From contig JAQGDQ010001814.1 of NCBI GenBank assembly GCA_030141605.1, positions 1 to 24,481 of the forward strand: a stretch of 24,481 nt of DNA, read 5' to 3'. Each line of letters begins with the position of its first letter. Positions within the stretch are counted from its first letter, which is position 1. Origin of the DNA: Tubiluchus corallicola (Eukaryota > Animalia > Priapulida). The position numbers were made by a program, and so were the translations under genes. The notes under the pieces are model-generated. The model was not told the DNA's origin, made no database searches, and was given only the letters and a program-made list of their open reading frames with translations. Of the stretch, positions 1 to 11,700 are shown one piece after another.

Positions 1-108
1 AAAACATGGGAGGTTGTAGATGCAAAAGAGGCTACACGTGACTTTTCAACATCAACAACAGTGCCCTCTGTAATTTCCTCTATCGTCGATGCACAATGAT
101 GAAAAAAC

Positions 109-596
109 CACAATTATTGTATACTATACGATGTACTTAGTCCTAAAAAACACAATTATCGTATACTATACGATGTACCTAGGCCTAGAAAACAACACAA
201 TTATTGTATACTATACGATGTACCTAGGCCTAAAAAACAACACAATTATTGTATACTATACGATGTACCTAGGCCTAAAAAACAACACAATTATTGTATA
301 CTATACGATGTACCTAGGCCTAAAAAACAACGCAATTATTGTAAACTATACGATGTACCTAGGCCTAAAAAACAACACAATTATTGTGTACTATACGATG
401 TACCTAGGCCTAAAAAACAACACAATTATTGTATACTATACGATGTACCTAGGCCTAAAAAACAACGCAATTATTGTATACTATACGATGTACCTAGGCC
501 TAAAAAACAACACAATTATTGTGTACTATACGATGTACCTAGGCCTAAAAAACAACACAATTATCGTATACTATACGATGTACCTAGGCCTAAAAA
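109..596. repeat. 45-bp minisatellite, about 11 units (cacaattattgtatactatacgatgtacctaggcctaaaaaacaa)
   Basis: Directly visible periodicity; explains the spurious ORF 89..643. Confidence 0.97.
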
Positions 597-799
597 GCAA
601 CTCGATTAATTTTGGTATTTCCTCTTTGTTGGCTATAAGTTGACAAAAAATCTTGGATGAAAAAATGTTGAAGAACAAGGAGATTTACGAATGCCAAATC
701 ATACGATACAGCTTATACGTGACATTGTTATGCTGATCACAATCAATCTTGACAAACCGACTTACTTCTTCACTGGCGGCAACGTACGGGGTGTAAATA

Positions 800-805
800 T
801 TTATT
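800..805 (-). promoter_or_regulatory. Putative polyadenylation signal AATAAA of BTB copy A (equivalent at 9757-9762 in copy B)
   Basis: tttatt on the + strand about 65 bp past the stop codon in both paralogs. Confidence 0.5.
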
Positions 806-869
806 GGTCTATAAACAATCAATCGTAATCGTGAAAGCATCAGCTTCAAGAAATGGTTTTCATTTCAAT

Positions 870-2153
870 TCATTTTCTAAACAGCACCTCAACTTTTATG
901 CGAATTTTTCCATCTTGAATAAATCCGGAAGCAGGGTCCATGACGGTTCTAAACTGTGCAATATTTCTTGCTTCCCAGAGCCGTTCCTTTGTATCTTCAT
1001 TTAGGATAGTTTTGAGTGACCTTTGTGGATTATTGTTAATCACTTCAATGTAACTGTTCTTACGTATGCTACGTAAAGTAAAAGAGAGACCAACTACTAA
1101 ACCCAAGCAACAGCCTCTACCACGGTTATCTCCAGCATTGGAGCAGTTTGTGTCAGCACAACTGAAAAGATAAATGACAAGCTTATCAGCATCACCAATG
1201 GTTGCAATCTTTTCTGATAGAGGACCTGCCCATGGTCTTATTCCTAAACTATCAATTTTCTTAACAGGTACAGCACACATGACTGACACAACTTCTGCGT
1301 AGTTTCTCTGCGTTTTTGGAAATATTGATTCTGATGTCTCTTCTTGATGATAATTGATTTTAACATTTTCTTGCTCCTCGGCATTTAATATTCCAGTTGC
1401 TACCGGTCCTTTGATGAATAACTCTGGGTCCATTGTGGGAAATCTGATTTGAAACAATATGTCACATAAGACTGTTCTTTTGTTGAACACATTTTGCTCC
1501 ATGTTCTTTCGCTTGCATTCAGCATCAGCCCATCTTAAAACTGCATCAAATAGTTTCACCTCTTCAGTAATAGTCAGTTCATCAAGTTTGACAATCCTCA
1601 ATAAGTTGTCGTAGCTCAAGGAAGTAAAACTGTCGGACTTTATAACTGCTTCTGTTTTGACACTAATGACCTCCAAACAGTTCATCTCTACATCTCGCTT
1701 TTCATAGAAACAAGCAGCTGTGAGAATGGTACAAACGTTGTCAGTTGTGATTTCAGACTTAAGGAAATCAGCAGCCATTTTTTCAAGTTCACGAATGTTG
1801 TATTTTTTAGCTAAGTAAAGTACCGAGAGAACATTATCACCAGTTAATTCAGCCTTGTCAGTATAAATGAATCTCAAAAGCAGCAGGAATACTTCAGGTT
1901 CAACATCGGTTATTGGTATAACATCACCAGGTTTATGACACAGTGGCCCAAACAGCATCCTCTTAAAAACGTCACTCCGAAGTGCAAGTAAGTACCGACT
2001 AGCATTGATGATGATTTCACCAACTGAAAAAGTTGCATCACATAATTCCTGGAAATCTTCGTTACCAAAAACATAATCGTGTCTCTCGTTCCAGTTACCC
2101 ATCGCATCAACCCTTTCAGCTGGAGTTTGCGGCTCGTCTAATGAAGTTGCCAT
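870..2153 (-). CDS. BTB/POZ-BACK protein (BTBD1/2/3/6-like N-terminal module) with putative C-terminal MATH/TRAF domain, copy A, 427 aa; probable Cullin-3 substrate adaptor
   Basis: Uninterrupted ORF. BTB motifs: DATFSVG, RYLLALRSDVFKRMLFGP, ITDVEPEVFLLLLRFIYTD, VLYLAKKY. BACK motifs: LFDAVLRWADAECKR, QIRFPTM. C-terminal VMDPASGFIQDGKIRIKVEV resembles the final MATH strand. Start placed at ATG 2153 (MATSLDE) because it aligns with the paralog start; the track's upstream extension to 2228 begins at a non-ATG codon and is not conserved. Confidence 0.92.
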   Translation of the reverse strand: MATSLDEPQTPAERVDAMGNWNERHDYVFGNEDFQELCDATFSVGEIIINASRYLLALRSDVFKRMLFGPLCHKPGDVIPITDVEPEVFLLLLRFIYTDKAELTGDNVLSVLYLAKKYNIRELEKMAADFLKSEITTDNVCTILTAACFYEKRDVEMNCLEVISVKTEAVIKSDSFTSLSYDNLLRIVKLDELTITEEVKLFDAVLRWADAECKRKNMEQNVFNKRTVLCDILFQIRFPTMDPELFIKGPVATGILNAEEQENVKINYHQEETSESIFPKTQRNYAEVVSVMCAVPVKKIDSLGIRPWAGPLSEKIATIGDADKLVIYLFSCADTNCSNAGDNRGRGCCLGLVVGLSFTLRSIRKNSYIEVINNNPQRSLKTILNEDTKERLWEARNIAQFRTVMDPASGFIQDGKIRIKVEVLFRK

Positions 2154-2966
2154 TTTTTTGCTAATGGAATTTTCTGACCTCTCTGCTGATCGAGAACTTG
2201 TATAAATGGCTGGTGTAACTACAGACACGAGATGAAATAATTTAACCTTTGTCCTTTTTATCAGTTTTTTGCTCTACAATCATTAAAGGTAAACATACAG
2301 TCGTAATTTTATACATCCACGCTGCCTCGCCTTGTACAAACAACTAACTGTGACCTTTGTACCCTTAGTTTATAAACTTATGACACCGAGTAAGAAAAAT
2401 AACTCTTCACTTTGTCTAATATCATGTGTAACTTAAGCATCTTGTCCCAACTTTATTTGAAATTAGAATAAGTTCAAGTACCTTTCAATGCTAATCAGAA
2501 CTCTTTTAAAATTTAATGCAAGAAATGAAAAACAACAAATTAAAGAGATATATTATCATTAAAATCATTTTATTTTGTTCGTGAAACGGGGCTAAACCGG
2601 CTGAGGATCCTACACCACAAAACAATGTAAACTATGAAAGTTGAAAGGAAAATGCTATTTTTTCAAGAATGGCTTAGTGAAAGAATTATTAGCACAGAGT
2701 TGAAATTGCATTCGCACCACAAGTTCTTCGCGGTTAAACCTCTTGCACAAAAAGCGGTGCTGTACCACTTAGTTCAAATGTGTTCAGGTGTGACGTGGTG
2801 CACACGTTAGCTCAGGTGTGAGTTCAGCTGTAAACTTGAATCTTGAATTATAAACTTAAAGTTAGTCAAGTTTTCATATGTCATTTTCACACTGAATGAT
2901 ATACAGCAGCACTGTACTTCAATTTTTTCTTTCCTTGAAAATTATGCCCACTCGTTATGCCATCCT

Positions 2967-3199
<233 letters not shown>

Positions 3200-3890
3200 G
3201 GAAACCTTGTAGGCCAGGGCAATTTTCAGGGAAAATTCCTCCTGCCCCTCTTGTTGAACTTCCTCCCGTACGCCTACGGACGCACATCTGTTGAATACCC
3301 GGCTCAAGTGGAATTAAATGTGGAATTCTTTCCTAGATACAACTATATTCATAATAATATTAATAAGGTTCCTAGAGAAAATGGTGGTAATTCAATTCAA
3401 TTCAATTCAATACTTTTTTATTTGTCTGATTTGCATCACAAAGCTTTACAACTATATACGTAAAACAGTTACGGTTTGCAAATTGTACATTAGCCTCGAG
3501 GAGAGTAGGAACGTGAGCTTTCGAGACTCGCCGCTAGATGGCGCCAGCACATGCATGGTGCAGACTGAAAAATACATACAAAATAGCTCAAAGTTAAAAA
3601 CAATATTCGGTTATAAAAACAATTGATGACAATAATACAGACAAATGAGATTAGAGGTATTTAAAAACGCCAATTAGCAGGTATCAAATCAAATATTTGC
3701 TTTTTAAAACTTTGTAATTGAATGAGCCTATCGTTATTAATTCATAAAAACATTTTTTACATCTGATATAAAATTGTAAGTTGAAATAAGGCAGTGTAGT
3801 TTAGTAAATAAATAGAAATTAAAACTACAAAATTCGTAAAAAAAGTAAATTGCAGTTTTTAAAACGTCAAGCGGCATTTTCACTTTCGCG

Positions 3891-5999
3891 ACCACAAGTA
3901 CTTACTGCGCGATTTGCAAACACAGTTAACACACCACAGGTACTTACTGCGCGATTTGCAAACACAGTTAACACACCACAAGTACTTACTGCACGATTTG
4001 CAAACACAGTTAACACACCACAGGTACTTACTGAGCGATGTGCGAACACAGTTAACACACCACAGGTACTTACTACTCGATTTGCAATCGCCGTTAACAC
4101 ACCACAAGTACTTACTGCGCGATTTGCAAACGCAGTTAACACACCACAGGTACTTACTGCGCGATGTGCAAACGCCGTTAACACACCACAGGTACTTACT
4201 GCACGATTTGCAAACGCAGTTAACATACCACAAGTACTTACTGAGCGATTTGCGAACACAGTAAACACACCACAGGTACTTACTGCGCGATGTGCAAACG
4301 CCGTTAACACACCACAGGTACTTACTGCACGATTTGCAAACGCAGTTAACACACCACAGGTACTTACTGCGCAATGTGCAAACGCCGTTAACACACCACA
4401 GGTACTTACTGCACGATTTATAAACGCCGTTAACACGCCACAGGTACTTACTGCGCGATTTATAAACGCCGTTAACACACCACAGGTGCTTACTGCGCGA
4501 TTTGCAAACGCAGTTAACACACCACAGGTACTTACTGCGCGATTTGCAAACGCCGTTAACACACCACAGGTAGTTACTGCACGATTTGCAAACGCAGTTA
4601 ACACACCACAGGTAGTTACTGCACGATTTGCAAACGCCGTTAACACACCACAGGTACTTACTACACGATTTGCGAACGCAGTTAACACACCACAGGTGCT
4701 TACTGCGCGATTTATAAACACAGTTAACACACCACAGGTACTTACTGAGCGATTTGCAAACGCCGTTAACACACCACAGGTACTTACTGCACGATTTGCA
4801 AACGCAGTTAACACACCACAGGTACTTACTGCGCGATTTATAAACGCCGTTAACACACCACAGGTACTTACTGAGCGATTTGCGAACGCAGTTAACACAC
4901 CACAGGTGCTTACTGCGCGATTTGCAAACACAGTTAACACACCACAGGTGCTTACTGCACGATTTGCAAACGCCGTTAACACACCACAGGTACTTACTGC
5001 GCGATTTGCTAACGCAGTTAACACACCACAGGTACTTACTGAGCGATTTGCAAACGCCGTTAACACACCAATGGTACTTACTGCGCGATTTGCAAACGCA
5101 GTTAACACACCACAGGTACTTACTGAGCGATTTGCAAACGCAGTTAACACACCACATGTACTTACTGCGCGATTTGCAAACGCAGTTAACACACCACAGG
5201 TACTTACTGAGCGATTTGCAAACGCAGTTAACACACCACATGTACTTACTGCACGATTTGCAAACGCCGTTAACACACCACAGGTACTTACTGCACGATT
5301 TGCAAACGCAGTTAACACACCACAGGTATTTACTGAGCGATTTGCGAACGCAGTTAACACACCACAGGTACTTACTGCACGATTTGCAAACGCCGTTAAC
5401 ACACCACAGGTACTTACTGCACGATTTGCAAACGCCGTTAACACACCACAGGTACTTACTGAGCGATTTGCAAACGCCGTTAACACACCACAGGTACTTA
5501 CTGCGCGATTTGCAAACGCAGTTAACACACCACAGGTACTTACTGAGCGATTTGCAAACGCCGTTAACACACCACAGGTACTTACTGCGCGATTTGCAAA
5601 CGCAGTTAACACACCACAGGTACTTACTGCACGATTTGCAAACGCCGTTAACACACCACAAGTACTTACTGCGCGATTTGCAAACACAGTTAACACACCA
5701 CAGGTACTTACTGCGCGATTTGCAAACGCCGTTAACACACCACAGGTACTTACTGCGCGTTTTGCAAACGCCGTTAACACACCACAGGTACTTACTGCAC
5801 GATTTGCAAACGCAGTTAACACACCACAGGTACTTACTGCACGATTTGCAAACGCCGTTAACACACCACAGGTATTTACTGAGCGATTTGCGAACACAGT
5901 TAACACACCACAGGTACTTCCTGCACGATTTGCAAACGCCGTTAACACACCACAGGTACTTACTGCGCGATTTGCAAACGCCGTTAACACATCACAAGC
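3891..5999. repeat. 42-bp minisatellite, about 50 units (acaccacaggtacttactgcgcgatttgcaaacgcagttaac)
   Basis: Strict 42-bp period; produces repetitive ORFs on both strands. Confidence 0.99.
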
Positions 6000-6261
6000 A
6001 TTTTGAGACTAGCCGTGCATAAGTAGCTTAGCCGGTATTCTATTGATTATCTGTTTTTCAGACGTCGGCAGGCTGCAGAATGCATTTCAATAATCATCAC
6101 TCGCATCGGTGTGGAAAATTGGTTAAAATAGCATGTTCATTTTGAAAACGTTTACTATAACGTAGTTCACATAGACGGATTGTAATGCACTGATAAAACT
6201 CTCTGTTTAGTTGTCTGTCAACTTAAACTGTCAGTCATACTAAAGTCTATCATGACAAGAA

Positions 6262-6278
6262 TTTATTATTATTATTAA

Positions 6279-6311
<33 letters not shown>

Positions 6312-6333
6312 TTTTATTATTATTATTATTATT
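6262..6333. repeat. (ATT)n microsatellite
   Basis: Direct observation. Confidence 0.95.
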
Positions 6334-6552
6334 GGCATCTACAATTATACATTGTACTACAGTGACATACACACAACAAAACAACAACAAAATACAAAAG
6401 TACAAAACAGAGCTACTACATTATACCTGTTGAGCCAAAAAAACACGTAACAAATTTATATAATCTTAGTATAGATACAGTTAGCATGTCGTGAAAATAT
6501 AAATAATCTTATCATCATTTATATGTAAGCACTATTTACTTCTGTTCAAAAA

Positions 6553-6698
6553 AAGTTCATGAAATGTTCATGTTTATTAAACGTTCATGTTCATGTTCAT
6601 ATAATGTTCGACCTCATGTTCGTGAAATGTTCATGTTTATGTTCATTTTCATATTCATGTTCATGTTAACGAAATGTTCACGTTAATGAAATGTTCAA
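6553..6698. repeat. Degenerate (ATGTTC)n hexanucleotide repeat
   Basis: Recurrent atgttc/atgttt units. Confidence 0.8.
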
Positions 6699-7197
6699 AT
6701 GTAGAATTATTCTTGCTGTGGCCTGATTTTGTCATTTTACGAATTACCAGTCTCTTTTTCGTACAGCATGACGTCACACGACTAAACATATGACGTCAGC
6801 ATGACGTCTCTCACGACTGAAGCCATTTTTCCACCACCTCCAAATGGCTGTGACTTTAACTGTTTCAATGCTTTTGCTTTACGTGTTTGACTAAAACTAG
6901 AAAGATTACAATTATCTTCCTAATTTCACTGAGATAATTAAGCAGTCATTCAGATGTGGAGTCTGATGAAGATGGCTCATTTACTGTCTGCTTTACAAGC
7001 GTAAAATCAGTAAAAGACGGCCCCTCTGGGTTCCCTACCCCACCCCCCGAGAGTCGTAAAGCCGTTAATGGTGCGTAGTAATTTGCTTATCTCTCCTTCT
7101 TTAACTCTTTCACATTTAGGGACACCCACACGTGAAGCCATGGAGAATTTACAACGCTAATTTTTGCTGTTTCATTTTGTACTTGTGTTCAGCTAGA

Positions 7198-7420
7198 AAT
7201 GAGCCTTTTCACAGTTCCAGCGACTGATGATGATCGTGAAAAGGTCAAAGGTTAAGTGTTCCAGACAACGCGTTTGTGTACATTTGACAACGCCTCGCAG
7301 CCATTGCTGTTGTAATAGTAACAGTCTTAACAGCAATCTAGAACCTTGCTTAGTTCATTTTTCTGAACTGATGTGGCAGAAGGCTTTGTTTTACAAACAT
7401 GTTACGTGACGGTTGTAGCT
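7198..7420 (+). mobile_element. Truncated copy of the TIR element at 16038-16435
   Basis: Begins atgagccttttcaca; aligns to 16040-16325 with an internal deletion; no right TIR. Confidence 0.8.
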
Positions 7421-7659
7421 ACCATCTTTATCGTCGTCATTCCCACCGTCATCGTTGTCATTATAATCATAATATATAATTAAAATAATGATAATAATAA
7501 TGGTGATGATGATAATGTTTTGATTCATTTCAATTAATTTTGTTCATGTATCTTGTAACAGTGTAATGGTGCTTGTTAATGTATCTTCTGTCTTGTTTAT
7601 TCTTTTTCAATTTTTTATATTTTGTAATTTTTCTTTTGGTTGTAATGATGATAAGTAAA

Positions 7660-7869
<210 letters not shown>

Positions 7870-8189
7870 TTAACACAATTAATGCTGCAAAAGCGTTTCA
7901 GATAAATAAATAATAGGTTAAACATTTTATTAAATTTTATGGAATTTCAAATTCACCGCTGTGCTCATGCATTACCTGACGAACGTGTGTAGTTCGTCAC
8001 AAACTAACACATCTGAACTGAGAGGAACAGCAATTGTTTTCGTGCAATGCGTTTCCGTAATGCAGGCGCTAGTGCCCGTCCAGTTAGCGAATGATGAAAT
8101 GCATGTAACAGGACAGAACTAGTGACGCGAACGCGAAATTGTGTTTGTGTGGTAATAATTCTTTCACTCTAGTGCTAACTAAAGACCTT

Positions 8190-8672
8190 TTGTTTACCTT
8201 TTCTGGTTTGGTTCTACATGTTCACTTTCGCCATCTAGTGCTAGTTAGAGACACTACATTTCATTTTCTAATTGTGCAAGTTATGGGAGTAGAGTACAGT
8301 AGTCACAACAAAGTTCTTTTATAATACTTTTTTCCGTTTCCCTTTTCTACATGGTCACTTTCGCCATCTAGTGTTAGTTAGAGACACTACATTTCATTTT
8401 CTAATTGTGCAAGTTATGGGAGTAGAGTACAGTAGACACAACACAGTTCTTTTTTAATACTTTTTTCCGTTTCACTTTTCTACATGGTCACTTTCGCCAT
8501 CTAGTGCTAGTTAGAGACACTTTCATATTTAGTTGTTTTTACTGTACTCTACTCTCATAAATTGCACAGTTTTTTCCGTTTCGCGTATTTTGTTTACCTT
8601 TTCAGATTTGGTTCTGCATGGTCACTTTCGCCATCTAGTGCTAGTTAGAGACACTACATTTCATTTTCTAAT
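8190..8672. repeat. About 133-bp tandem repeat, roughly 3.5 units, each with tcgccatctagtg; third unit carries an inverted segment
   Basis: ccatctagtg recurs at 8231, 8364, 8497 and 8631. Confidence 0.92.
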
Positions 8673-9346
8673 AGTCTGAGTTATGTGACAATTTTTTAAC
8701 ATGTTTTCCGTGTATAGAAACTGAATTCTTGAGCTCTATTTATCGCTAATGAAGATTTAAGATTTTTCTTTTTTCAGTAGTGGTCCAGCTCTTGTTTGCA
8801 TTTTAATAAATAAATTATATATTATATAGTTGCCTGTAGTGAAGAAACTATTGCAACACGCTGATTTTGTTCAAATATAATAATAGTTTATTAACGTGAT
8901 TGATGGTAATTTGAAGCAAACATAGGCCTAATAATAAACGAATTGTACGTACTATAATGAGTAAATATCAGAATAATATCGAAGTATATACACCGGTGAG
9001 GAAAAACACAGGTATACAAAAATACAAATTTAACAAAAAATGTATCTGTAACACAATAATATCAGAAACAACTGAAATAATTATTCAAATGATGATGGTA
9101 ATCGTAAAGTCATTATACAGGTGGGCCAAAAAAATTATCGTCAAATTATTTAATAAAAGGCTCGTTAACTTTAACAAAAATAACCATAAGCTTGCAGATA
9201 ACGTTATTATTAATGGCATAAATGACGCAGCTAGTGATTATAAAAAACATGGGAGGTTGTAGATGCAAAAGAGGGTACAGGTGACTTTTCAACATCAACA
9301 ACAGTGCCCTCTGTAATCTCCTCTATCTTCAATGATGAAAGAAAAA

Positions 9347-9560
9347 TACAATTATTGTATACTATACGATGTACCTAGGCCTAAAAAAACACAATTATTG
9401 TATACTATACGATGTACCTAGGCCTAAAAAACAACACAATTATTGTATACTATACGATGTACCTAGGCCTAAAAAACACAATTATTGTATACTATACGAT
9501 GACCTAGGCCTAAAAAACACAATTATTGTATACTATACGATGTACCTAGGCCTAAAAAAC
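9347..9560. repeat. Same minisatellite in copy B, about 5 units of variable length
   Basis: Same unit sequence with variation in the A-runs. Confidence 0.95.
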
Positions 9561-9826
9561 AAGTCGATAAGTTTTGGTATTTCCTCTTTGTTGGCTATAA
9601 GTTGACCAAAATCTTGGATGAAAAAATGTTGAAGAACAAGGAGATTTACGAATGCCAAATCATACGATACAGCTTGTATGTGACATTGTTATGCTGATCA
9701 CAATCAATCATGACAAACCGACTTACTTCTTCAAAATGGGCGGCAACGTGCAAATATTTATTGGTCTATAGACAATCAATCGTAATCGTGAAAGCATCAG
9801 TTTCAAGAAATGATGTTCCTTTCAAT

Positions 9827-11113
9827 TCATTTTTTAAGCAGCGTCACAACTTTTATGCGAATTTTTCCATCATTAATAAACCCGGAAGCAGGGTCCATGA
9901 CGGTTCTAAACTGTGCAATATTTATTGCTAGCCAGGACCATTCCTCTGTATCTTCATTTAGGACAGTTTTGAGTGACCTTTGTGGATTATTGTTAATCAC
10001 TTCAATGTAACTGTTCTTACGTATGCTGGTGAAAGTAGAACAGCCATCAACTCTTAAATGCAAGCAACAGCCTTCACCACGGTTATCTCCAGCATTGGAG
10101 CAGCTCGTTTTCTTACATCTGTAAAGACCAATGTAAATCTTATCAGCATCACCAATGGTTGCAATCTTTTCTGATACAGGAAGTGCACATGATCTTATTC
10201 TTAATCTATCAATTTTCTCAACAGGTTCAGCACACATGACTGACACAACTTCTGCGCCGTAGTTTCTCTGCGTTTTTGGAAATATTGATTCTGATGCCTC
10301 TTTTTGATGATAATTGATTAAAACATTTGCTTGCTCCTCGGCATTTAATATTCCAGTTGCTACCGGTCCTTTGATGAATAACTCTGGATCCATTGTGGGA
10401 AATCTGATTTGAAACAAGATGTCACATAAGACTGTTCTCTTGTTGAACACATTTTGCTCTAGGTTCTTTCGCTTGCATTCAGCATCAGCCCATCTTAAAA
10501 CTGCATCAAATAGTTTCCCCTCTTCACTAATTGTCAGTTCATCAAGTTTGACAATCCTCAATAAGTTGTCGTAACTCAAGGAAGTAAAACTGTCGGACTT
10601 TATAACTGCTTCCGTCTCGACACTAATGACCTCCAAACAGTTCATCTCTACATCTCGCTTTTCATAGAAACAAGCAGCTGTCAGAATGGTACAGACGTTG
10701 TCAGTTGTGATTTCAGATTTAAGGAAATCAGCAGCCATTTTTTCAAGTTCACGAATGTTGTATTTTCTAGCTGTGTAAAGTACCGAGAGAACATTATCAC
10801 CAGTTAATTCAGCTTTGTCAGTATAAATAAACCTCAAAAGCAGCAGGAACAGTTCAGGTTCAACGTCGGTTATTGGTATGACATCACCAAGTTTATGACA
10901 CAGCGGCCCAAACAGCATCCTCTTAAAAACGTCACTTCTGAGTGCAAGTACGTACCGACTAGCGTTGATGATGGTTTCACCAACTGAAAAAGTTACATCA
11001 CATAATTCCTGGAAATCTTCGTTACCAAAAACATAATCGTATCTCTCGTTCCAGTTGTCCATCGCATCAACTCTTTCAGCTGGAGTTTGCGGCTCGTCTA
11101 ATGAAGATGCCAT
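9827..11113 (-). CDS. BTB/POZ-BACK protein with putative C-terminal MATH/TRAF domain, copy B, 428 aa
   Basis: Intact ORF paralogous to 870-2153. Manual alignment gives about 54 substitutions plus one inserted Gly; same BTB, BACK and DPASGFINDGKIRIKV motifs. Confidence 0.92.
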   Translation of the reverse strand: MASSLDEPQTPAERVDAMDNWNERYDYVFGNEDFQELCDVTFSVGETIINASRYVLALRSDVFKRMLFGPLCHKLGDVIPITDVEPELFLLLLRFIYTDKAELTGDNVLSVLYTARKYNIRELEKMAADFLKSEITTDNVCTILTAACFYEKRDVEMNCLEVISVETEAVIKSDSFTSLSYDNLLRIVKLDELTISEEGKLFDAVLRWADAECKRKNLEQNVFNKRTVLCDILFQIRFPTMDPELFIKGPVATGILNAEEQANVLINYHQKEASESIFPKTQRNYGAEVVSVMCAEPVEKIDRLRIRSCALPVSEKIATIGDADKIYIGLYRCKKTSCSNAGDNRGEGCCLHLRVDGCSTFTSIRKNSYIEVINNNPQRSLKTVLNEDTEEWSWLAINIAQFRTVMDPASGFINDGKIRIKVVTLLKK

Positions 11114-11548
11114 CCTCTGTCCAACGAAATTTGTGGAATTACTTTACTGAGAACTGAATTATCTGAGCTGTGCATTCAACACGACTGTGACTCAGCAACT
11201 CGTGAACAAAGTTAGCGTGCCACAGCAGTTCACTGCATTTTCTTGCAGCGGTAAAGGTAGCAACGTTTGGAGGAAAAAATAGCTTCAAGTGTGTTTAGCA
11301 GTTGCAAGAAAAAGCGTCTAATGCAACAGCAATGCCCGCACACATAATCTGATTTTCAAGTTGCTTAATTTTGAAGTTGAATCGCCACAAAACGCAACGC
11401 AACTGCTCCTGAAAGACAGATGCACCCCCACGTCGCAATAGACTCTTCCACTTGTTTTTGCACAACGTATCGATCGAGTTCTATCGGCGGCTTCGTTCTC
11501 TACGTTTTCCCAACGTATGTTGACAGCTCGAAGGTGAACAACGTATAG

Positions 11549-11700
11549 TACAGGGTGTCTATAAAGTCTTTACAATTTTAAAAATTTATTACAAAGGCAG
11601 TTGACAAGATACCTTAACAGATTTGTTTTGTTTTATTCAGTGTTTATTTAACTTTGAGATCACATTGAAATTTCGCGTTTTATGTAGGTCTGCTGTTGAT
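11549..11700 (+). mobile_element. Tc1/mariner-like terminal fragment (TA|CAGGGTGTC...)
   Basis: TA followed by CAGGGTGTC is a typical mariner-type terminus. It lies in sequence absent from paralog A. The right boundary is uncertain. Confidence 0.5.

Larger units (their letters stand above)
1..2885. repeat. Segmental duplication unit A (BTB gene plus flanks); left end lies outside the window
   Basis: Position 1 aligns to 9244 (aaaacatgggaggttgtagatgc). Homology ends at ttttcatatgtcatt (2885 vs 12468). Confidence 0.95.

Noticed and set aside
109-596. CRISPR-like or coding interpretation of the 45-bp repeat (also the 42-bp and 164-bp arrays)
   Set aside because: Units are contiguous with no unique spacers, the context is eukaryotic, and there are no cas genes.
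2154-2228. 25-aa N-terminal extension of BTB copy A
   Set aside because: Begins at a non-ATG codon and has no counterpart in copy B.
3390-3850. LINE 3' end on the minus strand ((TTGAA)n tail after AATAAA; similar tail at 21755-21768)
   Set aside because: Plausible, but no recognisable reverse-transcriptase sequence, so boundaries and family cannot be supported.
3850-6022. Long ORFs of 380-718 aa on both strands
   Set aside because: They are translations of a 42-bp minisatellite, open in several frames at once, with no unique coding flanks.
6769-6820. Cluster of TGACGTCA (CRE) motifs
   Set aside because: No adjacent gene start; such words are common in transposon remnants.
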